Source: a virus (Duplodnaviria; Caudoviricetes). Taken from it: a stretch of DNA of 59,205 nucleotides. Positions 20,090 through 29,371 of this stretch are shown in pieces. Numbering within the stretch: position 1 is the first letter of the stretch; each line of letters opens with the position of its first letter. The translations under genes were made by a program, and so were the position numbers. The stretch covers positions 1 through 59,205 of the IMG/VR virus record IMGVR_UViG_3300036939_000018. One strand, 5' to 3'. The notes under the pieces were generated by a model. It worked only from the letters and a program-made list of their open reading frames with translations, ran no database searches and was not told the origin of the DNA.

Positions 20090-20408
20090 CTAGAAACTCG
20101 AATCCCCTCCCCCACAATCATGAGAGTCTGATGAGTGGGAATGATGACTTGATGAATCGTGGCTGTGGTGATGGTTAGAAGAACTACCAGAATCAGCACT
20201 GTGATGGTGTTTTGCAGGTTCGCTTAATATCTCTGCTGTATTAACCATGCTATTCAGCGTTTGCTGGTTGGCGTCGGCAAGTTGGCGTTTAGTATCAGCT
20301 TACTTCTGAGTCTTTCATACGTGTCCAACCTTGAGCATTCTCTTTAACAATGGCTTGCAGACTATTAACCTTATGAACGTTGCTGTCAGGATCTCTCATG
20401 TATGGCAT
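20090..20408 (-). pseudogene. His/Ser-rich-tailed small protein interrupted by a frameshift near 20300
   Basis: MPYMRDPD...KDSEV, then a one-base shift gives ADTKRQL...HHSADSGSSSNHHHSHDSSSHHSHSSDSHDCGGGDSSF*. Confidence 0.5.
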
Positions 20409-20418
20409 AGTGTTTCTA

Positions 20419-20976
20419 CTAAAAACAATTTGACTGCTTAAGTTTAGGCTTTCTTAATCTTGGTGTCCATGCAGGATGCTCGTAGTTTTGCTTTAGCCAG
20501 TTGTACCCGTCTCTTACATAAAAAGCATCGTTCAAAGCATTATGAGGTCTGGTTGTCTGTTTTGGTAACTCAACCCCCAGATCGTCAGCCCATTGTTTTA
20601 TATCATAAGTAATCCAAGGAAGACTTTTGGGCCTGTCAACCATTCTTCCAAAACGCTGAGCCAAGCAAACATGATCATAGTCTGCATAATCAGCAATCAG
20701 TACAATATCATTGCTGCCAACATAATTGAAATATTCTAAAATTTGATTACCAATTTTATCTTGTGCAACAGGCCATGGTAAAAAAACGTGAGGCCCTGGT
20801 ACTTCAGACGCCATGTTGTTTAATACGTTCTCTTTTAGCCAATCAGTTGCTAAGTCTTGACGATAATCACTGTTCATTAAGTATAGGTGCTTATCATCTT
20901 CTGACACCATTCCCAGAGAAATAGGAACAATTGTTTCACCGTTCTCTTCAAATTCCCAATCATAAAATATTTTCAC
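20419..20976 (-). CDS. 3'-5' exonuclease, DEDDh (RNase AS/DUF5051-like)
   Basis: FYDWEF.E.G, ADYDHV and HNALNDA motifs. Confidence 0.85.
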   Translation of the reverse strand: MKIFYDWEFEENGETIVPISLGMVSEDDKHLYLMNSDYRQDLATDWLKENVLNNMASEVPGPHVFLPWPVAQDKIGNQILEYFNYVGSNDIVLIADYADYDHVCLAQRFGRMVDRPKSLPWITYDIKQWADDLGVELPKQTTRPHNALNDAFYVRDGYNWLKQNYEHPAWTPRLRKPKLKQSNCF

Positions 20977-21161
20977 TCGTATTCCTCCGTAAATATAATT
21001 GTATGACTATGGGCAAACAATTCACTCAAAGACAATGAGCCTACAGATTCTATACGATGCCAAAACATAGGACGCTCTCCTAAATCAATTCTTAAATAGA
21101 CCCAAGTGCCACGTCTTAATTTTCGATACCATTGGAAATTAGAAAGACAAATGTCAAACAT
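20973..21161 (-). CDS. Hypothetical protein
   Basis: ORF coupled to the exonuclease gene. Confidence 0.55.
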   Translation of the reverse strand: MFDICLSNFQWYRKLRRGTWVYLRIDLGERPMFWHRIESVGSLSLSELFAHSHTIIFTEEYE

Positions 21162-21171
21162 TTTTATAGGA

Positions 21172-21429
21172 TTAGCCTATAATTTTAAATTCTGCTATTT
21201 TGTGTCCATCTAAATAAATTTCCTCTTCTATTGGATTCCAAGAATCTTTATATATTCTCAAGAGCCTGTTATCAGCTACAGCTTTGTTAAGGTTGTCTTC
21301 GTTTTCAAATATTTGATGTAGTAACCTTTCTACAGCAATTTTATATTCATGATGTTTTTCTATCATCATGTCCATGCAAGTACTTATGAGAGGAATACTT
21401 TGTGAATGAATCCCTATAGGAAATGACAT
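21172..21429 (-). CDS. Hypothetical protein
   Basis: ORF with GGGAG RBS. Confidence 0.55.
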   Translation of the reverse strand: MSFPIGIHSQSIPLISTCMDMMIEKHHEYKIAVERLLHQIFENEDNLNKAVADNRLLRIYKDSWNPIEEEIYLDGHKIAEFKIIG

Positions 21430-21532
21430 ACTATAAAATCTCCCTTTTCAAGCAATACCTTTATTCTATCAGAACCAAGCAAAATACCCCAGGACTCTGG
21501 GGTATTTAAATTTTCTTATAGATGTTTTTTAT

Positions 21533-22303
21533 TTAATAACCTTGAAACCGATTTTCTGACTCGAATGGCGGTCTGTACCGTGGGACATTACTCCACTTGC
21601 TCAGCGCTGGTGCAATCTGACCGCTCACCACCAAATCCGATTGTTCTAAGAACCACTCTAAGCCGATTTTCCAGTGTTTCAGATAGCCATCACCTACAAT
21701 CCACCTGATAGTAGACTTTCGTAGTGCATTAAGGCTTACAGACGGCTTGTAGGAGTCTAGCTTGAGACGGTTACATACCGCTCGACCTACTGCCTGATGT
21801 CTTTGTTCATCTTGGCTAACTTTTTGTCCCACCCAACCTAAACTTAGTCCCCCTGCTCGTAACAACACTGGCAATGAGCATGGTACAAATACCCCAATCT
21901 CTAGCAGAGTTGCCTTGAGTAGTGGATGCCCCTCATCATCTTGCCACTGTTGGCTAAGTTGTTCAGCTTCTCTAAGATACTGTTCGCGTACAGGGTAAAC
22001 AGCGATCGCCTTCTTGAACTGTGCCAAGTGAACCGACTCGTCGGGAATGTTCGACTCAATCAGCTTCTCTGCAACCTCTGGGATCGAATTCTTGCCCTTA
22101 ATATCTGCTTTCCAACCTTCAGCCAGGTATGAGGCTACATCCACCTCTAAGACGATTGCAGAGGCTAGGATTCGTTCGAGTATCTCTGGCACATTATCTG
22201 TAGTTATAGGCAACGGCGTTGCTGTAAGAGTCTGAGGTTTCCAGTACTGTGGTATACCCTCAGAGTTACAACGCGCGTCATAGAGAGTTTGAAAGGTAGC
22301 CAT
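21533..22303 (-). CDS. Ferritin-like ribonucleotide reductase beta subunit (cyanophage type)
   Basis: LEVDV, DESVH, LEIGVF and DEQRH di-metal ligand pattern; RNR alpha is 4 kb away. Confidence 0.75.
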   Translation of the reverse strand: MATFQTLYDARCNSEGIPQYWKPQTLTATPLPITTDNVPEILERILASAIVLEVDVASYLAEGWKADIKGKNSIPEVAEKLIESNIPDESVHLAQFKKAIAVYPVREQYLREAEQLSQQWQDDEGHPLLKATLLEIGVFVPCSLPVLLRAGGLSLGWVGQKVSQDEQRHQAVGRAVCNRLKLDSYKPSVSLNALRKSTIRWIVGDGYLKHWKIGLEWFLEQSDLVVSGQIAPALSKWSNVPRYRPPFESENRFQGY

Positions 22304-22428
22304 AAAGCTGTCGCGTGTGGAGACTGTTAATCAGCATAGTGCTTTCTAAGTTTCAACGCACTAGCCCTAGCGGATTGGCAATATTGGAGATTAGCAGCCT
22401 AGAGGAATGTGATAACGGTAATTTTTTG

Positions 22429-22553
22429 GCGTTAGACTTGTGGTGCTGTAGGTGTATATAGGGAAGGTTTAACGCAAGTCGAAAGTCTTACAGAGTATAG
22501 AATTCAAGTCGATTACCATTGATACCATTGAGGGGTTCTTGAGGGCGATCCTC
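22429..22553 (-). repeat. Dispersed element copy 7 (long because of a 9-bp tandem duplication)
   Basis: Core 22429-22475; GATCCTC ends 22553; TACCATTGA repeated twice. Confidence 0.9.
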
Positions 22554-22604
22554 AAGAAAAAACCCCGGTCGTGATACCGGGGTTTTCTTAGTTATGAGAT
22601 TTAC

Positions 22605-22910
22605 CTATGGGTACGTCATCCAACGTTCTTTATCAAGAATAAAGTTAGGCTTCATACTGTTTACATCAAAACTAATTACACACCAACCTGGTTGTACACC
22701 TTCAACCTGGTTGTGAGTCAAGACATGTGTAATCTTAACTTCAATTTCATTGCCAGAAAAGGGATAGTAATCGCCCGGATCATATTCCTTTAAAGCCAAG
22801 GTGTCACCCACCTTAAAGTCTCGATCCAGTTTACTTACCACACAAGTCTTATGTCCGATTACGATGTCTCTGAAGAATGGCTCTATTGTTTTAAGTTCGT
22901 GAATTGTCAT
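22605..22910 (-). CDS. ASCH/DUF3850 domain protein
   Basis: MTIHELK...FF..I..G.KT....DRDFKVGD.L.LKE pattern; promoter with operator at 22942. Confidence 0.85.
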   Translation of the reverse strand: MTIHELKTIEPFFRDIVIGHKTCVVSKLDRDFKVGDTLALKEYDPGDYYPFSGNEIEVKITHVLTHNQVEGVQPGWCVISFDVNSMKPNFILDKERWMTYP

Positions 22911-23340
22911 TAATCTAAATTTGTGACTTCTCTCAATTCTATTGACGTTTTCACAACTTGTCAAGTCTCCCTGCTTCCCAAAATAATGCTCAGAATCGCC
23001 AGTTTTGCTGCTCGCCTCAAAAAATTTGTGCTTAGTCGGTTTTGCTTGTGACACTAGAACCATATGGATTACAGCTTATAAAAATGCCAAAAACAATGTT
23101 CAATATAATGAAAGTGACGAAGAAACCGCTTAAGCATAAAAAATAAAATGCCTCAAACACTTGCTCTATAAGTGTTTGAGTCAGCGCATTGGCTGTGACA
23201 CTACTACTGCATACGTCTGAAGTGAAACCGACACAGTGTCACAGCCTAGAACCCTGATTCTCTTGTGTCACGGTACAGCAGTTTTGAAGAGTTTGTGACA
23301 TCTTGACCAAAATCCTGTGATAACATCAATTATTAGTTAA

Positions 23341-23541
23341 TCACCTTTCAGATTGTTTGGTAAGTCTAATCCTGTTTTGTTCATCTGCCAAGAAATTCTT
23401 TAAGCGATCAAATTCTGCTTCTAATATTTCTTTGGTAACGTCCCATTGAATTCCAATCTCTTTGGCAGCTAGCGGGATTATTGTCCATGACATACCAGGG
23501 TGGAGCTTTTCTAATTCTCTACGAGCTTGTGGTAATTGCAT
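23341..23541 (-). CDS. Hypothetical protein
   Basis: Coupled to the MazG-like gene. Confidence 0.55.
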   Translation of the reverse strand: MQLPQARRELEKLHPGMSWTIIPLAAKEIGIQWDVTKEILEAEFDRLKNFLADEQNRIRLTKQSER

Positions 23542-24053
23542 TAGCGCTTATCTCCTGAACCTCTTAACACATTACGACTCTTGCGATCGGTTAACTTGTT
23601 TATGTTCATCTGCATTACTTCTTCAATATTGCTGCCTACAGTTGGGTGTGAACTATTCCATTTAAGCTGCATAAAGGTCTGACTCATTGCATAGCGCAAC
23701 CGATAGTGATTCCTGTAGTCTAGGACTTTATCTAAAACACCTTCAGTTCTTATAATTAATTGATGACTACAGCGAACTAAGTCATTACCTTTTACAATGA
23801 CACGTGCGTTTAAAATGTCTTTGAGCGTCCACTTCTCTTCATGAGCCGCCATTGTTAGATAAGCTAAGCAATCCCCTAACTCAAGTAAATAACCCGTCTT
23901 ATCTAATCCTTCCCCTCTCATAGAGCGCTTTACCTTGCCCAATGCCTCACCCGCCTCTTCTGCCATCCCTACAGCGCAAAAGAGAAGATGATCGCAATCT
24001 GTAGGAGTAACCCATAGTTCTATGAGCTTGGCTTGATATTCGTCGATGTTCCT
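23541..24053 (-). CDS. MazG-like NTP pyrophosphohydrolase
   Basis: GMAEEAGE, ELGDCL.YL and NINKLTDR...GSGDKR motifs. Frame is open to NIDEYQ at about 24050, where the expected ATG reads AGG. Confidence 0.8.
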   Translation of the reverse strand, partial: RNIDEYQAKLIELWVTPTDCDHLLFCAVGMAEEAGEALGKVKRSMRGEGLDKTGYLLELGDCLAYLTMAAHEEKWTLKDILNARVIVKGNDLVRCSHQLIIRTEGVLDKVLDYRNHYRLRYAMSQTFMQLKWNSSHPTVGSNIEEVMQMNINKLTDRKSRNVLRGSGDKR

Positions 24054-24170
24054 GGCTTGACGTTTTTATACTGCCTCTTGATACTATTGACATTTTCACA
24101 ACTTGTCAAGCAAACCAAAGATGCTGTTTTTGTTGCAACAGGAGTAAACGGCGTAACACGGTGGTAAACA

Positions 24171-24295
24171 GCGTTAGCCCCCCATGTTGTTTATGAGTAT
24201 AGAAGGGACTCTAACGCCGGGGTGTGAGTCTGAAAGTGTTGTGCTGTAAGGATTTGGCGCTTACGGATGCCTCAAGGATATGGGGGGTGATCCTT
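24171..24295 (-). repeat. Dispersed element copy 8 (long class)
   Basis: Core 24171-24217; GATCCTT ends 24295. Confidence 0.9.
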
Positions 24296-24479
24296 TGTTC
24301 TTCTGTAATTGCATTATTTCCCACGCATATCGTCGAGTTGGGTAGACGATATTCCTCGTTTTTGAAAGCCTTGCCCAGTAAAGCTTTCGGCGACTTACAT
24401 ATGTAAAGTTTTGTTTCATATCGTGCCATTAAGTAGACAATACAGTTAAACTATAGAAGTCTTTGCGCAAAGAAAACAA

Positions 24480-25922
24480 ATGACGAATATAGTTTGGGTC
24501 AAAAGAGGCGACAAAGAGAAGGTGGACTCAAGACAAGTTTTAGACGTTTTAGGTTTAGATAACCACAAGCAATGGATGTACAAGTATGTTTTCAAGGATG
24601 TTGAAGGTTTTGAGGCTGAAACAGGAGATGAACTTGAAGTAGATTATGAGCGAAACAAAAGAGGTAAACCTACAAAATTTGCTTGGTTCACAGAGAAGCA
24701 AGTTTATTTTGTAATTGCAAAGGCAAGGAACACTATAGACGCTCTTGATGCCAAAAAAACTCTTGCTCAAATGTTCGCCAATCTCAGACAAAGTGAAAAA
24801 GAAAATAAAACAAAAATGACTACAACAACAGTATGGCAAGATCGCCTAAACAAAATAGCCGTCCCAGTGATGAATGACTCTAAAGTAGGTGAAGTTCAAC
24901 TTTTTTCTCCGCAAGCGTTGAAGCACATAGAAAACAAGTTTTCCCCAGATGAGAAGTTCATCCAGTTTTTAAGCAATCTAGAAGCAGAGACGGGGTATAT
25001 TCTGCCTTGGAACTTTGATTTTGGTTCTTGTGGCATTCTGACTTATCCGCCAGAATATAAAAGCTACATTGATACGTATCGAAAAATCACAGAGATAGAA
25101 GATGCGCGGTATATCTGCATGTGGGGAAGTGAAGAGTTACCAGCTTTACCTGATGAAGAATACTTAGTGCCTGCTAATGATATACCACCTACAGGAGGTG
25201 TATGGCTTGACGAGACACGCCTTCATAAGGAAGTCTGGCAAGAGATTATTGAGTGTGTAAAAGACGTTGTAGAGGCATACAACGACCCTCAGCGCAAAGA
25301 AAAATATGGCATCCCCTCTCAAAAAGAACTCGAAACTGATTACGAGAACCTAGAACAGGACACCATATTCCTGACAAATACACTTCAAGCTTACAACAGG
25401 TTTCAAGAATTTAACGAGGAAACCCCTAAGGTCTTAGGTTTCCAAGTTCATAAGGATTGGCTTCTGTGGTTAGAGTCCGACAACAATATAGCTTCAGCCA
25501 TGAGAAAGTTCTATCTAGGTTCGTCTGCTGAAGTTTTTTTCTCTATCACTAAAGAACAAGATGAAGATGGAGATGAATATTATAAAACTACACCAGGGTC
25601 ATTTGTGATTGTCTATCCTTTCTGGGCCAATATCAAAGATGGTAAGTCCTGGTATACAGAGATGGAACCCAACCCAGAATATAACCCTGATGCCCCACTA
25701 TTTCAAACAGTGCGATTCTATGATGAGAAATACGAACCGCTATTCGACTGGTATCTAGAGAACATCTGGCTTCCTCAGCACTCTCTTAAGTTCTTCCAGG
25801 CTACCGACCCTAAAGGCTACCCTCAACTAGCCATGTTGCTTGCCGACTTGCCCTCTAACACTAATCTCCCCAAGATGTTTCTGAAGGCAGCACAAAAGCA
25901 GCTGGCGGCTAGTCAAAGCTAA
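24480..25922 (+). CDS. Rha/AntA-like N-terminal DNA-binding domain plus unknown C-terminal domain (paralog A)
   Basis: VDSRQV...HKQW...RGKPTKFAWFTEKQ N-terminus; extensive identity with 36549-37988. Confidence 0.7.
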   Translation: MTNIVWVKRGDKEKVDSRQVLDVLGLDNHKQWMYKYVFKDVEGFEAETGDELEVDYERNKRGKPTKFAWFTEKQVYFVIAKARNTIDALDAKKTLAQMFANLRQSEKENKTKMTTTTVWQDRLNKIAVPVMNDSKVGEVQLFSPQALKHIENKFSPDEKFIQFLSNLEAETGYILPWNFDFGSCGILTYPPEYKSYIDTYRKITEIEDARYICMWGSEELPALPDEEYLVPANDIPPTGGVWLDETRLHKEVWQEIIECVKDVVEAYNDPQRKEKYGIPSQKELETDYENLEQDTIFLTNTLQAYNRFQEFNEETPKVLGFQVHKDWLLWLESDNNIASAMRKFYLGSSAEVFFSITKEQDEDGDEYYKTTPGSFVIVYPFWANIKDGKSWYTEMEPNPEYNPDAPLFQTVRFYDEKYEPLFDWYLENIWLPQHSLKFFQATDPKGYPQLAMLLADLPSNTNLPKMFLKAAQKQLAASQS

Positions 25923-26049
25923 TCACGATACAAATACTTATTCTGAACTGGCATACTGTTATGGTGTGCCAGTTTTTTGTTGTATAGATTGACAACGTTA
26001 TAAAAACGTCAGTATATTGGATACATAAGCGAGATTAAAGGATAAATCA

Positions 26050-26307
26050 ATGATTGACTTAAACTCTTCTGCAACAGAAAATAGTACTTGTGCTTATGGT
26101 GAGCTAAGCTTGGGAGAAACGGTAGCTTTAAGAACGGCTTTGAAAAAAGCAATAGAAGATCCTAAAAATAGTTTTATGGTTCTAGAACTTAAAAGAGTAT
26201 TGGTCAAAATGCAAGTAATAGAGGTTGAAGCTGATCAGGAGAATCGATATATAGGTTTTACTGTTGGTACTGAAAGACCTAATTTTGAATTCAATCTTGA
26301 TGATTAA
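26050..26307 (+). CDS. Hypothetical early protein
   Basis: TTGACA..TATATT promoter with operator, AAGCGAG leader and downstream terminator. Confidence 0.7.
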   Translation: MIDLNSSATENSTCAYGELSLGETVALRTALKKAIEDPKNSFMVLELKRVLVKMQVIEVEADQENRYIGFTVGTERPNFEFNLDD

Positions 26308-26375
26308 AATCCATATTTGAATCAAATAAGATAGCCGCCTAATCAGGCGGCTTTCTTATTTCTATCTGTCCAATC

Positions 26376-28130
26376 CTAACTACCACACACCACACAATCT
26401 GGGTCATCAATCACACAAAGCTGCCCCTTATCCAAGTAAGACTGATTCACCCTCGAATACTGCTGGTAGTAAGTACCCCCAAGAGGAGAACGCTCTACAA
26501 AGTCCTTAAACCATTCGACATCTACATAGAAGTACAAATCAAAGCTAGTGCTATGAGCCAACCCTGTGGACTCCATCATTAGCTGCCACTCCTCATGGTG
26601 TTGCTGGTGCAAGTCTTGACCCACATCAGAAGCGATTTCAATGTAAGGATGATACTGTACAATGTCCTCACCATGCACCGCACTCTCACGCCCTTCTGGG
26701 TTACTAAACGGGGGATCTATTTGGCGGGATACTGTGTAGCCTGCAAGGTCTGTATAGTCGAGATAGCACCGTTGGGTAGGCTCAACGGAGAATACCCTTT
26801 CGAGTCCGTAAGAACGGGCTATTTCAGCAGCCGATTGATATGCATTCCATAAGGAAAAAGCAATTCGCAATGCATTATCTGGCATCTGTGGATACCTTTC
26901 TATTAAGACAGTCGCTCTATTTAACCATTCTTCATGTGTTGAGAAATAAGTTCTAGCTTTTTTGTTGAAGCCACAAACACGAACATATTCTAGGGCTTCC
27001 ACATGTTCCTCATAGGTTACACCTTGCGCTGCCAAAAACGATGCCAATCCTAGAACAGTAACCGCGACTTGGCGATCCTGCTCAACAGACAAATACAGCT
27101 CTGGATTATAGTTGTGAGCCATCTCACGCCACATTGTATGAAGCTCACATAGGAAGCGAGTAGTAGCACAAAACGCTTCCACAATGTCTTCAGGATTAGC
27201 GCATTGCGCCACGTTAACTGGAGTAATCAAACACGACGCTGAATGCTCTAAACTTATGGCCTGACAAACGTTTAAGTACAATTGCCTGTCATTTTGATAG
27301 CGTATCTTCTCAAGAAAAACGCTCTCCTCATTTACTGCCTGTACTATCCGCTCACAAAGCTGCTCATCTTTCAAGACTGACTTATCAAACCTGACACCTT
27401 TCTTAGAGCCACCGGGAACGTCGCTGAGGGGGAAATCTAAATAATTCCAGATAAAAGGTGCGGTTGCATTTGCCGAAGTCGTAATGATTCCGTTTTTGTG
27501 GGTTCCCCCACGGGCGATAACTTTGCAAATACCACCGAATAGCCTTAAAAGGTTCTCAATACAAGGGTTCGCTAGATAGTCTGCAAGCCATACGTACACG
27601 CTTAGAAAGCCTTCATCATCTTCTTCTAGACCGAATACACCTGTAGAGATAACGGCTGTCTCAGAGCGTCTTCCTGCGGGGCGAATGTCTGAAAGGTCTA
27701 CTAGGATACTTGCACCTTTTTGTGCAGCGTCAATAAAATCTATCCAAGATTGGCGGATAGAGTTCATGTCGTCTTCAACATTGATTAGAACGTCAACACT
27801 TTGACCATTCCATAAGCGCCCTTTGTTCTCTCCCATCTTTGCGCGATCTGGATGTTTTATCCCAATGTCAAACCACCACTTAAATACACTGGGTTTCCAA
27901 TTATCTAGACAGTTGTTGGCTAGATGAATTTTTATTCCTGCATTGGTCTGAAGATACCAAGAAAGTGCAGGAAGTTCCTTCTTTAAATCCCCCTCGTAAA
28001 CTCGCAGCATACACGATGGGGCTAAGGTTTTACGCTCTGGATGATAGAGAAAAGACTTTATTCGCCCTGTTGGTGCAATCGCTGGATGAGCTTTGATAAG
28101 TTGCTCTAGTTTTGGTGTTAGACGGGTCAT
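26376..28130 (-). CDS. Ribonucleotide reductase alpha subunit (short cyanophage type)
   Basis: TGRIKSF, PSC, LSDIRP.G, RGGTHKNG, NVC...SCL, EPT and C-terminal CxxC. Confidence 0.8.
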   Translation of the reverse strand: MTRLTPKLEQLIKAHPAIAPTGRIKSFLYHPERKTLAPSCMLRVYEGDLKKELPALSWYLQTNAGIKIHLANNCLDNWKPSVFKWWFDIGIKHPDRAKMGENKGRLWNGQSVDVLINVEDDMNSIRQSWIDFIDAAQKGASILVDLSDIRPAGRRSETAVISTGVFGLEEDDEGFLSVYVWLADYLANPCIENLLRLFGGICKVIARGGTHKNGIITTSANATAPFIWNYLDFPLSDVPGGSKKGVRFDKSVLKDEQLCERIVQAVNEESVFLEKIRYQNDRQLYLNVCQAISLEHSASCLITPVNVAQCANPEDIVEAFCATTRFLCELHTMWREMAHNYNPELYLSVEQDRQVAVTVLGLASFLAAQGVTYEEHVEALEYVRVCGFNKKARTYFSTHEEWLNRATVLIERYPQMPDNALRIAFSLWNAYQSAAEIARSYGLERVFSVEPTQRCYLDYTDLAGYTVSRQIDPPFSNPEGRESAVHGEDIVQYHPYIEIASDVGQDLHQQHHEEWQLMMESTGLAHSTSFDLYFYVDVEWFKDFVERSPLGGTYYQQYSRVNQSYLDKGQLCVIDDPDCVVCGS

Positions 28131-28225
28131 TATTGGCTGTTGCTTGAATGATTTAAAACAAAATTATAGCGCATTTTAGAAGCTATATGATGTTAATCTT
28201 TTTTTATCCATACGGATCTAGCTAG

Positions 28226-28993
28226 ATGGATTTTAAAACGTTAAGAGCAGCTTTTAAAGCTGAATATCCTGATCAAGAATCAGCATCTCAGGTCGATTTA
28301 TTATTATTTCAACTTATTAAGGCTTTTAAAAACGAGACGATCAATGTCCCTGTAGAGTCTTCGTCGGGAGCATCTACTCTAACGGTGATGTCGCCTACAA
28401 CAGGAGCACAACTTGTAAATGGTATCCCTGTAGAAATTATTGCCGTTTCACAATTTCCTCGTTTTGTGGGTCGAGTTGATTTTTATGCTAACAACATCAA
28501 AGTTGGTGAGGATCGAAACCCTCCCTATAGCATTACTTATACTCCGACTACCCTAGGGTCTTTAACTCTTAGAGCAACTGCTGTAAGCCAAGATGGTATA
28601 ACCACAACTAACAGTGCTGATGTAGTCGTCACGGTAGTAGGAGTAGTAATACCTAATCAGCCCCCAATAGTCTCATTGGCTAATCCAGGCAGCGTTACTG
28701 CGGGTCAGACTGTTGTATTGTCGGCAACGGCTTCAGACCCAGATGGCACTATAAGCAAGGTGGAATTTTACCAAGGTTCAACAAAGATTGGTGAAGACAC
28801 AAGTTCTCCTTATGGCGTTAACTGGACACCTTCTGCTGGTTCTTATGTCTTGACGGCAGTAGCCTTCGATAATCAAAATCTCAGCACTACTAGCGTCGCT
28901 AGAAACGTTACCGTATCGGAAACTGTTCAATCATATTCACCAGCTCTGGTTTTCTCTGATATTCGCAATTCAGGTTACAAGGCTTTAGTTTAA
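28226..28993 (+). CDS. Ig-like domain virion protein
   Basis: Two Big-type repeats (VDFYAN..KVGED..PPYS; ASDPDGTISKVEFYQG..IGED..PY). Confidence 0.8.
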   Translation: MDFKTLRAAFKAEYPDQESASQVDLLLFQLIKAFKNETINVPVESSSGASTLTVMSPTTGAQLVNGIPVEIIAVSQFPRFVGRVDFYANNIKVGEDRNPPYSITYTPTTLGSLTLRATAVSQDGITTTNSADVVVTVVGVVIPNQPPIVSLANPGSVTAGQTVVLSATASDPDGTISKVEFYQGSTKIGEDTSSPYGVNWTPSAGSYVLTAVAFDNQNLSTTSVARNVTVSETVQSYSPALVFSDIRNSGYKALV

Positions 28994-29005
28994 GGACATA
29001 GAAAA

Positions 29006-29368
29006 ATGCCTATTACAGTTAAAGACGCTAATAATTCTAATCAATCTGTCAATCAATTAGGGGACTACACTCCGTCTGCTCCTTTCCCTGTTGCCGCCCT
29101 ACCCCCTAATACGGCTGTAACTGGTACTCGTACAGTTACAACCGCAGGAACCCCCGTTAGCTTGGGTACAACAACAGGCCTTGTGTCAGGGGTAACGGTA
29201 AAGTCACTCGGTGCAAACACCCAAAGAGTTTTTTTAAGGGCTACTGGTTCATCATCAAGCTTTGAACTTAAACCCGGTGAAAGTACTATTTTATTCATTT
29301 CTACCTTGGCAATAATCACTGTTGATGCTGAAGTTAATGGTGAAGGTGTTACATTTCACGGGTCGTAA
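29006..29368 (+). CDS. Virion structural protein (fibre-associated)
   Basis: Thr/Gly-rich beta protein in the fibre cluster. Confidence 0.6.
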   Translation: MPITVKDANNSNQSVNQLGDYTPSAPFPVAALPPNTAVTGTRTVTTAGTPVSLGTTTGLVSGVTVKSLGANTQRVFLRATGSSSSFELKPGESTILFISTLAIITVDAEVNGEGVTFHGS

Positions 29369-29371
29369 AAC

